64,000 nucleotides of DNA from an uncultured Gammaproteobacteria bacterium. GTDB taxonomy: Bacteria; Pseudomonadota; Gammaproteobacteria; Pseudomonadales; Halieaceae. Positions 54,724-62,572 of the stretch are shown one piece after another (position 1 is the first letter of the stretch; every line of letters starts with the position of its first letter). Location: the NCBI GenBank assembly GCA_963704965.1, contig CAVPIH010000018.1, positions 57,684-121,683 on the forward strand. The letters run 5' to 3'. Made by a program: the position numbers and the translations under genes. The notes beneath the pieces were generated by a model, which saw only the letters and a program-made list of their open reading frames with translations, was not told the origin of the DNA and did no database searches.

Positions 54724-55461
54724 ATGAGTTCCGCCGCGCAATACCAGCCCACCCCGGCGGGGGCGGGCGAGTACCGCGAGGGCGGTGGCAGGGCGGTGCG
54801 CCCCAGGGATGCGGCGACCCTGATCGTGGTGCGCCGGGACGGCAGGCTGCCGCGGGTGCTGGTGGGCCAGCGCGCCGCCGGCCACAAGTTCATGCCCAAC
54901 AAGTTCGTGTTCCCGGGTGGCAGGGTTGACCCGGGTGATGGCCGCCTGCGCCCGCCCCACGACCTGCACCCGGCGGTGCTGGCGCGCCTGCTGCAAGGCT
55001 GCAGCGAGACCCGCGCCCGGGCACTGGCCATGGCGGCGATTCGCGAAACCTACGAGGAAACCGGGCTGGTGTTGGGGGAGCCGCATTCGCCGACCCTGAA
55101 AACCCGCTCGCCCCAGTGGCGGGATTTCCTGCAGTACGACGTCAACCCCCGCCTGGACCAGCTGCAGCTGGTGGCGCGCGCCATTACCCCTCCCTATCGC
55201 AACCGGCGCTTCGATGCGCGCTTCTTCATGGCCGATGCGGAATTGATACAGGGTGAGGTGCACGAGCGGCCGCAGGGTTCCGGGGAATTATTGCAGTTGC
55301 ACTGGGTTTCGCTGCAAGATGCCCAGGCACTGGAGCTGCCCAATATTACCCGCATCGTGCTGGCCGAAGTGGAGCGGCGCCTGCGGGAAGGGCACGGCCC
55401 GGGCGACCCGGGGCCTTTCGTCTATTTTCGCCACGGCAAACCGGTGGTGGACCAGGTTTGA
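54724..55461 (+). CDS. NUDIX-family hydrolase (atypical, with an interrupted Nudix box)
   Basis: 245-aa ORF. FPGGRVDPGD and AAIRETYEETGLVLG are separated by an insertion of roughly 30 aa. Confidence 0.7.
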   Translation: MSSAAQYQPTPAGAGEYREGGGRAVRPRDAATLIVVRRDGRLPRVLVGQRAAGHKFMPNKFVFPGGRVDPGDGRLRPPHDLHPAVLARLLQGCSETRARALAMAAIRETYEETGLVLGEPHSPTLKTRSPQWRDFLQYDVNPRLDQLQLVARAITPPYRNRRFDARFFMADAELIQGEVHERPQGSGELLQLHWVSLQDAQALELPNITRIVLAEVERRLREGHGPGDPGPFVYFRHGKPVVDQV

Positions 55462-55485
55462 ATTGAAGCGAGACCTCTAACAAGG

Positions 55486-56613
55486 ATGCAAACACAGACC
55501 ATGAGTGACACCGAAGAGCTGCTGTTCGACATAACCCCGACCGAAGAGCAGCAGATGACCCGCGAGGTGATGCAGCGCTTCGCCCGCGAGGAGATGGCCG
55601 CGGCGGCGCGGGCCGCTGACGAGGCGGGCGAGCTGCCGGCGGGCTTGCTGGCCAAAACCGTGGACCTGGGCCTGAACTTCATGCCGATTCCCGAGGCCCT
55701 GGGCGGCATGGGCGCCGGGCGCAGCCCGGTTTCCAACGTGCTCAATATCGAGGATTTGGCCTGCGGCGATATGTCCATGGCGATCGCGACCCTGGCACCC
55801 CTGGCGGTCATCAACTGCATCATGGACTGCGGCACCCGGGGCCAGCAGGAGCGGGTGAGCCAGGCCCTGGCCAGTGCGCAGTTTACCCCGGCGGCCCTGG
55901 CGTGGATGGAGCCCGGTATCGGTTTCGATGCGCGCCGCCTGCAAGCGACGGCCGCCCGGCAGGGGGACGGCAGTTTTATCCTCAACGGTCGCAAAAGTAT
56001 GGTGGCTTTCGGTCCCGAGGCGCAGCTGCTGGTGGTATTTGCCGACGTGGAGGGGGAGGGCACCCAGGGCTTCCTGGTGGAGGGCGACAGTGCCGGTCTC
56101 AGCTTCGAGCGCGAGGACTACATGGGCCTGCGCCCGCTGCCGCTGTATGCGATGACGCTGGACAATGTTGCCATGCCGGCCTCGTCCCGGCTGGCCGCCG
56201 GCTTCGACGCGGAGCGCCTGCTGAGCCTCAGCCGGATAGCCATCGCCGCGCTGGCGGTGGGTACCTGCCAGGCCGTGCTGGACTATGTCATCCCCTATGT
56301 GAATGAGCGGGTGGCTTTTGGCGAGCCGATTTCCAATCGCCAGGCGGTGGCTTTCATGGTGGCGGACATGGCCACGGAAATCGAGGGCCTGCGCCTGCTG
56401 GTGTATCGCGCCGCCGGCCAGGCGGAGCGCGGCATGGACTTCACCCGCAGCGCTTTTCTGGCGCATCGCAGTGCCATCAAGTACGGCATGAAAGTCGGCA
56501 CCGACGGCGTGCAGTTGCTGGGTGGGCACGGCTTCACCCGGGAGCACCCGGTGGAACTGTGGTATCGCAACCTGCGGGCCCTGGCGGTCCTCGACGGCAT
56601 GCTGCTGGCCTGA
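55486..56613 (+). CDS. Acyl-CoA dehydrogenase family protein lacking the canonical YEGT catalytic motif
   Basis: 375-aa ORF with an ACAD fold (GGHGFTREHPVELWYRNLRA). At the position of IYEGT it has VLDGM, and the protein ends 3 residues later. Confidence 0.8.
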   Translation: MQTQTMSDTEELLFDITPTEEQQMTREVMQRFAREEMAAAARAADEAGELPAGLLAKTVDLGLNFMPIPEALGGMGAGRSPVSNVLNIEDLACGDMSMAIATLAPLAVINCIMDCGTRGQQERVSQALASAQFTPAALAWMEPGIGFDARRLQATAARQGDGSFILNGRKSMVAFGPEAQLLVVFADVEGEGTQGFLVEGDSAGLSFEREDYMGLRPLPLYAMTLDNVAMPASSRLAAGFDAERLLSLSRIAIAALAVGTCQAVLDYVIPYVNERVAFGEPISNRQAVAFMVADMATEIEGLRLLVYRAAGQAERGMDFTRSAFLAHRSAIKYGMKVGTDGVQLLGGHGFTREHPVELWYRNLRALAVLDGMLLA

Positions 56614-56656
56614 TGCCCCGGCACCCCTATAAAGCGAATCTGGAGAGGGCGACACG

Positions 56657-57865
56657 ATGATCAACCTGGAACTACCGAAAAAAATAGAGGACACCCGGGC
56701 GCTGCTGCGCCAATTTTCCCGGGATGGCCTGCGGCCCCTGTCGCGCAAGTACGACCTGGCGGAACAGAAAGAGATGCCCGAGGAATTGTACGAGCTGAGC
56801 AAGCTGCTGCGCGCCAGGCCCAACCGCGGCAAGGCTGTCGACGCGCAGCCGGCGGCCAGTGCAACCAGCAACCGCAACGGCAACAACCTGAGCATGGTGG
56901 TCAGCTCGGCGGAGTTGTGCTGGGGTGACGTGGGGCTGTTCCTGGCGCTGCCGACCATCGGTTTGGGCAATGCCGCGGTGAGCGCGGTGGCCTCCGCCGA
57001 GCAGCAGGCCGAGTGGGGCGAGCTGTTCGCGGCCATGGCCATTACCGAGCCCGGTGCCGGCTCCGACTCCGCCGCCATCAAGACTACAGCGGTGCTGGAC
57101 GGTGACGAGTGGGTGCTCAACGGCGAAAAAATATTCGTGACAGACGGCTACCGCAGCAAGCAGGTGGTGGTGTGGGCGTCGCTGGACCTGACCCTGGGCA
57201 AGGCGGCGATCAAGTCTTTTCTGGTGCCCAAGGGCACGCCGGGCATGACCGTAACCCGGGTGGAGCACAAACTGGGCATTCGGGCCTCGGACACCGCCCA
57301 GATAGTGCTGGAGAACTGCCGGGTGCCGAAGGCCAATCTGCTGGGCAATCCGGAGATCGCCACCACGGCGGAGGCGCGCAAGAAGGCCTTCGGTGGCGTC
57401 ATGCAGACCTTCGATAACACCCGCCCCATGGTGGCGGCCCAGGCTGTGGGTCTGGCCCGGGCGGCGCTGGATTTGACCGAGGAACTGCTCGCCGAGCAGG
57501 GCGTGGAACTGGATTTCCGCAAGAGTTACCACCAGATGAGTGCGGTGGAGAGCGATCTCTACGAACTGGAGGCGGAATACGAAACGGCACGCCTGCTGGT
57601 ACTGAAAGCCGCCTGGATGGCGGACAACAAGCAGCCCAACTCCAGGAACGCCTCCATGTCCAAGGCCAAGGCCGGACGCATGGGCAACCAGGTGGCCCTT
57701 AAGTGCGTGGAGATCTGCGGGCAGCTGGGCTACAGCAAGGCCCAGCTGCTGGAAAAATTTGCCCGCGACTCCAAGATTATCGATATCTACGAGGGTACCC
57801 AGCAGATCCAGCAACTTATCGTGGCCCGCCAGGTGCTGGGCAAGAGTTCCAGCGAACTGAAATAA
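56657..57865 (+). CDS. Acyl-CoA dehydrogenase (canonical catalytic subunit)
   Basis: 402-aa ORF. Motifs are AMAITEPGAGSDSAAIKT and CGQLGYSKAQLLEKFARDSKIIDIYEGTQQIQQLIVAR, which contains the catalytic Glu. Confidence 0.9.
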   Translation: MINLELPKKIEDTRALLRQFSRDGLRPLSRKYDLAEQKEMPEELYELSKLLRARPNRGKAVDAQPAASATSNRNGNNLSMVVSSAELCWGDVGLFLALPTIGLGNAAVSAVASAEQQAEWGELFAAMAITEPGAGSDSAAIKTTAVLDGDEWVLNGEKIFVTDGYRSKQVVVWASLDLTLGKAAIKSFLVPKGTPGMTVTRVEHKLGIRASDTAQIVLENCRVPKANLLGNPEIATTAEARKKAFGGVMQTFDNTRPMVAAQAVGLARAALDLTEELLAEQGVELDFRKSYHQMSAVESDLYELEAEYETARLLVLKAAWMADNKQPNSRNASMSKAKAGRMGNQVALKCVEICGQLGYSKAQLLEKFARDSKIIDIYEGTQQIQQLIVARQVLGKSSSELK

Positions 57866-57875
57866 GCCCTGCATG

Positions 57876-57904
57876 GGAAACCGGTGGCACTGCCCCCGGT
57901 TTCC
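57876..57904. terminator. Probable bidirectional terminator hairpin
   Basis: GGAAACCGG (57876-57884) pairs perfectly with CCGGTTTCC (57896-57904) around an 11-nt loop. It lies between convergent stops at 57865 and 57917. T-rich stretches (GGTTTCCGGTTTG) follow. Confidence 0.5.
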
Positions 57905-57916
57905 GGTTTGCCTGTG

Positions 57917-59620
57917 CTAGCCCGCGTCGGCGACGTCCAGGATTTCCTTCAGCTCCCGCTTGAGGAACTTGCCGCTGGCATTGCGCGGCAGGGGCTCGTC
58001 CAGGATCCAGATGTAACGGGGCGCCTTGTAGGCGGCCAGCTTGGTCTTGCAGAACTCGCGCAGTTCCTCGGCCGTGGGTTTGCTGCCCGGGGTCGGGAAG
58101 ATGGCTGCGCCGACTTCCTCGCCCAGGCGTTCATCGGGCACCGCGAACACGGAGCACTCGGCCACGCCGGGGTGTTCGTAGATCGCTACTTCCACCTCGG
58201 AACAGAAGACGTTTTCCCCTCCGCGCAACACCATGTCCTTGGCCCGGTCCACCAGGTAGACAAAATTGTCCTCGTCCACATAACCGATATCGCCGGTGTG
58301 CAGCCAGCCGTCGACGATGGTCTCGGCGGTGGCATCGGGCCGGTTCAGGTAGCCCTTGATCACCTGCGGGCCGCGCACACAGATTTCACCCCGCGCTCCC
58401 GCGGGTAGCGCGTTGCCATCGGCGTCTATGGTCTTGATGTCGTAGATCGGCATGAGTATGCCGGTGCTGGTGGGTTTGTCGGCCAGGAAAAACCCGCTGG
58501 CGGAGCTGATAATGCCGCAGGTCTCGGTCATGCCGTAACCCTGGCCCGGCTGGGCCCCGCGGCCCACCTTGGCGATCTTGTCGACCAGGTCAGGCTGCAC
58601 CGCCGCGCCGCCGCCATTGAACGCGGACAGGGTAGAGGTGTCGCGCTTGCTGAAATCCGGGTGCATGATGATTTCCCGGCTCATGGTGGGCACACCGCTG
58701 AACACGGTGATTTTTTCTTCCTCGATGATGCGCAGTGCCTCCCCCGCGTCCCACTTGTGCATATGCACCATTTTGCCGCCGGCGACGGTGGCGGTCTGCG
58801 CCGCGCAGTTGTTGGCCGTTACATGGAACAGGGGGGTGGCGACTATCGTCGCCATCTGCGGCCCGCCACCACCCAGCAGGTCGGGGGCTTGCTTGCCCAG
58901 GGCCGTCGCCTGGGCGGTAGCCTGGGACAGGGTGGCGAAAATGACGCTGAAGACATTGTTGACGCAGCCGCGATGGGTGAGCCGGGCGCCCTTGGGCTTG
59001 CCAGTGGTGCCGGAGGTATAGAATATGCAGGCGTCGTCATCCGGCGCGATGCTGGCCTCGGGCAGGGCCGGCTCTGTCGCGAGCACCTCACTCCAGGGGG
59101 TGGCCCAGGAGGGCACGTCGTCCACCCGCACCGCGGCTGTCTTCATGGCGGGGAAATCCTCGCGGATCTCAGCAAAACGGGCCAGGCGCTCGCTGTCGCA
59201 TATCAGTACGCTGGTGTCGGAGTCCTGCAAGCCATAGCGCAGCTCATCCGTGACCCACCAGGCATTGACGCCCACTGAGACCGCACCGATGCTGGCGATG
59301 GCCCAGTAGGACAGCATCCACTCCGGGTAGTTGCGCATGGCGATTGCCACCCGATCCCCGGGGCCGACTCCCTGGGAGACCAGCCAGTTGGCGATGCGCG
59401 CCACCTCCTCGTGGGCCTGGCTGTAGGTCCAGCGCTCATCGCGGTAGACCAGGTAGTCGGCCGCGGCGTGCCTGGCTGTACTGAGCCAGACATCGCGCAG
59501 CGAATTGGGGGCCATGGCCCAGGTTCTGAGCTTCTCGCCGCCTACCTCGACCTCGGCAATGCTGAACATCTGCCCCGGGGCAGTCATGGCTGCGGTGGTT
59601 TCCTTCAGTTCCTTGTACAT
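57917..59620 (-). CDS. AMP-dependent acyl-CoA synthetase/ligase
   Basis: The ATG at 59620 gives MYKELKETTAAMTAPGQMF. Motifs are IFYTSGTTGKPKGARLTH, GWLHTGDIGYVDEDNFVYLVDRAKDMVLRGGENVF and C-terminal PRNASGKFLKR. The track start at 59749 is further upstream. Confidence 0.88.
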   Translation of the reverse strand: MYKELKETTAAMTAPGQMFSIAEVEVGGEKLRTWAMAPNSLRDVWLSTARHAAADYLVYRDERWTYSQAHEEVARIANWLVSQGVGPGDRVAIAMRNYPEWMLSYWAIASIGAVSVGVNAWWVTDELRYGLQDSDTSVLICDSERLARFAEIREDFPAMKTAAVRVDDVPSWATPWSEVLATEPALPEASIAPDDDACIFYTSGTTGKPKGARLTHRGCVNNVFSVIFATLSQATAQATALGKQAPDLLGGGGPQMATIVATPLFHVTANNCAAQTATVAGGKMVHMHKWDAGEALRIIEEEKITVFSGVPTMSREIIMHPDFSKRDTSTLSAFNGGGAAVQPDLVDKIAKVGRGAQPGQGYGMTETCGIISSASGFFLADKPTSTGILMPIYDIKTIDADGNALPAGARGEICVRGPQVIKGYLNRPDATAETIVDGWLHTGDIGYVDEDNFVYLVDRAKDMVLRGGENVFCSEVEVAIYEHPGVAECSVFAVPDERLGEEVGAAIFPTPGSKPTAEELREFCKTKLAAYKAPRYIWILDEPLPRNASGKFLKRELKEILDVADAG

Positions 59621-59708
59621 TGGCCTGTTACTCCCAGCTAAACGCATGATCGGATCGGACCGTCCATTCTGCCTGTCTGGCCCCGGCATGCAAGCGGTGT
59701 CGGCCAGG

Positions 59709-59733
59709 TGTTGCGGCAAGCTGTTGCGGTAAG
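59709..59733. repeat. Tandem direct repeat TGTTGCGGCAAG / TGTTGCGGTAAG (1-nt gap)
   Basis: Two 12-nt copies that agree at 11 of 12 positions, in the divergent intergenic region 59621-59832. The first copy contains the palindrome TTGC-G-GCAA. It may be a regulator binding site. Confidence 0.35.
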
Positions 59734-59832
59734 TGTAGCCCAGTCTCACACGGCCGCTGTCATGTCACTGGCCAAGGCAGCGCAACAATGTGACACTCTC
59801 CCTCCCCTTTAAGAAATGATGGATCCCCGGCC

Positions 59833-60927
59833 ATGAAGAGACTGTATGCCCCTGTTCGCTCCCTGCTCGCCGCCGCCCTGGCGCTCACGCTGTATGGCTG
59901 CGGCGTGCCGGAGGGCACCCTGGTCACCGATTGTGAGGACCGCGGCCCGCTGCACCCGGTGTGTGGACTGCAAAGCCCCGAGGATATCGCCGTCGTGCCC
60001 GGAGGAGATTACCTGTTGCTCAGCGAACTCGGCAATATGGGCGAGTTTCCCGGCCGCATAGCCCTGTTCAGGGTGGACGATGAAAGCGTGCGTCCACTGT
60101 TTCCGGTCACCGGCGCCGCAGCACCCGGGGTCCTGCAGGGCGACCCCGCCTGCACCGAGCCCCCGGGGGAGGAGATGAGCCCCCACGGCACCCACCTGGT
60201 GCAGCTGGAGGACGGCAGCTGGCGCTACCTGGTGGTCAACCACGGCGGTCGCGAGGCGGTGGAGCTGTTTTCCCTGGCACTGCCGGCCGACGGCGAACCG
60301 CAGTTGCACTGGCAGGGCTGTGTCTTCCCCGCGGACAACACCCTGATCAACGACGTGGTGGGTCTGGCCAACGGTGATGTCATCTACACCCGCATGTTCC
60401 GCCCAGACGATGTTCTCGGTTCGCAACGTGCGCTGCTGGGCTTCCAGTCAGGGGATGTGTGGCGCTGGAGTCAGGGCAGCGGCCCCAGGCTGTTGCCGGG
60501 AACCGCGGGCGCCCTGACCAACGGTATCGAGATAAGCCCCGATGAGCGCTATATCTTCATCAACCAGTACATGGACGGGGAAATACACAAATACGACTTG
60601 CAGACTGAGCAGCGGGTGGCCACAGCGGAGGTGGCTAATGCCGACAACAGCAGCTGGGGACCCGATGGCCAGTTGTGGCTTGCCTCCCACCAGATGGAGA
60701 TCCCGGTCTACCTCGCCTGTACCGAGGACCATGGCGTCACCTGCGGCATGGGCTTCGAAATCGTCGCCCTGGACCCCGAGACCATGGCAACGCGCGTACT
60801 GTTCCGGCACCAGGGGCCACCCATGGGTGCGGCCACCGTCGCCACGGCGCATCGCGACAAGGTCTACCTGGGCTCCTTTCTGGGCGACCGCCTGTTGATC
60901 GTGCCGCTGGCCGAGTTTGAGCAATAG
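59833..60927 (+). CDS. Lipoprotein, arylesterase/paraoxonase- or SMP-30-like beta-propeller
   Basis: 364-aa ORF with lipobox ALTLYG|C. PEDIAVVPGGDYLLLSE, NGIEISPDERYIFINQ, ADNSSWGPDGQLWLASH and the terminal KVYLGSFLGDRLLIVPL resemble PON/arylesterase-type six-bladed propellers. Confidence 0.55.
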   Translation: MKRLYAPVRSLLAAALALTLYGCGVPEGTLVTDCEDRGPLHPVCGLQSPEDIAVVPGGDYLLLSELGNMGEFPGRIALFRVDDESVRPLFPVTGAAAPGVLQGDPACTEPPGEEMSPHGTHLVQLEDGSWRYLVVNHGGREAVELFSLALPADGEPQLHWQGCVFPADNTLINDVVGLANGDVIYTRMFRPDDVLGSQRALLGFQSGDVWRWSQGSGPRLLPGTAGALTNGIEISPDERYIFINQYMDGEIHKYDLQTEQRVATAEVANADNSSWGPDGQLWLASHQMEIPVYLACTEDHGVTCGMGFEIVALDPETMATRVLFRHQGPPMGAATVATAHRDKVYLGSFLGDRLLIVPLAEFEQ

Positions 60928-60935
60928 CAGGTGTT

Positions 60936-61583
60936 ATGAACAAGGCAAGCAGACTCGACCCCGGTACCAAACCCGACGGCCGCCTGCAGCGCAGTGAGCG
61001 CAGCAGGCGCCTTATCGTGGAGGCCTCGCAACAACTCATTGGCGAGGGTATCCTGGTGCCCACCGCGCAGCAGGTGGCGGACCGGGCCGGGGTGGGGATT
61101 CGCACCCTGTTCCGGCACTTCGCGGACATGGAAAGCCTGTATGCGACCGTGGACAGTTACCTGCGGGCAAGCTACGAGGGTCTGTTCCTGGGCGGTGACC
61201 GCGCCGGTACCCTGGCCGAACGCGTCCTGCACGCGATCGAGGCCAGGGCCACCGCTTACGAAAAACTCTCGCCACTGATTTTATCCACCAGGGCCCAGAT
61301 GTGGCGCTCGGCGGTATTGCGGAAAAACTATGCCCGCAACCAGCGCGGCCTGCGCAAGGACCTCGCCGACTGGCTGCCGGAGCTGCTGGAACTGCCGCCG
61401 CACAAGCGCGAGGCGGTGGAGGCCGTTACCTCATTTGAGACCTGGGACCGGCTGCGGTCCATGCAGGGCCTGACCAGAAAAACCAGTATTGAAGTTATTT
61501 ACGAGATGCTGTGCCTGTTGTTCGTGGTCGATCAGGCCGCGCCCGGGGACAGCGCAACCAGAGAAGGAGACGTTCGAACGTGA
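60936..61583 (+). CDS. TetR/AcrR-family transcriptional regulator (paralog of the gene at 8237-8833)
   Basis: 215-aa ORF. The HTH is RSRRLIVEASQQLIGEGILVPTAQQVADRAGVGIRTLFRHFADMESLY. Long blocks are shared with the other TetR (LFLGGDR.GTL.ERVLHA, QRGLRKDL.DWLPEL, REAV.A.TSFE.W.RLR). Confidence 0.88.
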   Translation: MNKASRLDPGTKPDGRLQRSERSRRLIVEASQQLIGEGILVPTAQQVADRAGVGIRTLFRHFADMESLYATVDSYLRASYEGLFLGGDRAGTLAERVLHAIEARATAYEKLSPLILSTRAQMWRSAVLRKNYARNQRGLRKDLADWLPELLELPPHKREAVEAVTSFETWDRLRSMQGLTRKTSIEVIYEMLCLLFVVDQAAPGDSATREGDVRT

Positions 61584-62533
61584 CTATTGATAACCGGGTA
61601 ACCCGCATGACCGGCACCCAGTACCCGATAATACAGGCGCCCATGGGCTGGATAGCCCGGGCCCAATTGGCCTCGGCCGTGAGCAATGCCGGCGGCCTGG
61701 GAATCATCGAAACCTCCTCGGGAGAACTGGACAATATCAAGCGCGAAGTCCAGTTGATGCGCGAACTGACCGACAAACCCTTCGGCATGAATGTGGCGCT
61801 GTCCTATGTCAAGGGCAGCAATATCATCGACTTCGTGATCGAGCAGGGTATCAAGTTCGTGACCACCTCATCGGGCAGTCCCAGCGTTTGCACACGGGAT
61901 TTCCAAGCGGCGGGTATCACGGTCTTTCACGTGGTGCCCACCCTGGACATGGCGCTCAAGGCCATCGATGCCGGCGTGGATGGCCTGGTCGTAGAGGGCG
62001 GCGAGGGCGGTGGTTTCAAAAACCCCAGCCCGGTGTCGACCATGGTGCTGCTGCCGCTGGTGCGCTCCCGGGTCGAGGTGCCCATCATCGCCGCCGGTGG
62101 CATCAGCGACGGTCCCTCGATGGCGGCGGCCTTCGCCCTGGGGGCGGAGGGGGTGCAGATGGGCACCCGCATGCTGTCCTGCGCGGAGTCCCCGGTGCAT
62201 GACAACTGGAAGCAGGCGGTGGTGGCCGCCCGCGAGACCGACACCGTGTTTCTCAACCAGCAGTCCCGCCCGGCCCTGCGCGCCCTGCGCACCGGGCGCA
62301 CCGCCGCCCTGGAGCCCCTGGGCAAGTTCAATGTCATGGAGAATATGGCGGGTATTCCCCAGCTGTATTTCGGCGGTGACATGGAAGCCGCCATTCCCCT
62401 GTCTGGCCAGGTCTGCGGGCGCATCGATGCCGTGCTCACTGCCCGGCAGGTAATCGATGACACCATGGCGGGCTTCCACGAGGTGGTGGCCGGCATGTCG
62501 CGGCAGTATGCCCCGGAAGCTAACCCTGCCTGA
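61580..62533 (+). CDS. Nitronate monooxygenase / 2-nitropropane dioxygenase-like FMN enzyme (NMO/FabK-like)
   Basis: Motifs are YPIIQAPMGWIARAQLASAVSNAGGLGIIE, VDGLVVEGGEGGGF and PIIAAGGISDG. I propose the GTG at 61580, which overlaps the TetR stop (GTGA) and has GAGAAGGAGA 10 nt upstream. An alternative ATG is at 61607. Confidence 0.8.
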   Translation: MTIDNRVTRMTGTQYPIIQAPMGWIARAQLASAVSNAGGLGIIETSSGELDNIKREVQLMRELTDKPFGMNVALSYVKGSNIIDFVIEQGIKFVTTSSGSPSVCTRDFQAAGITVFHVVPTLDMALKAIDAGVDGLVVEGGEGGGFKNPSPVSTMVLLPLVRSRVEVPIIAAGGISDGPSMAAAFALGAEGVQMGTRMLSCAESPVHDNWKQAVVAARETDTVFLNQQSRPALRALRTGRTAALEPLGKFNVMENMAGIPQLYFGGDMEAAIPLSGQVCGRIDAVLTARQVIDDTMAGFHEVVAGMSRQYAPEANPA

Positions 62534-62572
62534 GGCCGACCGCACCAACCAACTTTAAGGGAGATTGAAGCG

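Noticed and set aside
53035-55263. A 742-aa minus-strand ORF opposite the sulfatase and NUDIX genes, together with similar long antisense or alternative-frame ORFs at 16674-18161, 18344-19504, 23508-24707, 23635-24654, 25331-26998, 40788-42287, 43676-44812, 47282-48904, 55477-57120, 56672-57874 and 62555-63877
   Set aside because: Each lies opposite to, or out of frame with, a gene that has clear family motifs. Their products are rich in Arg, Gly, Pro and His and have no recognisable domains. I treat them as GC-driven spurious ORFs.
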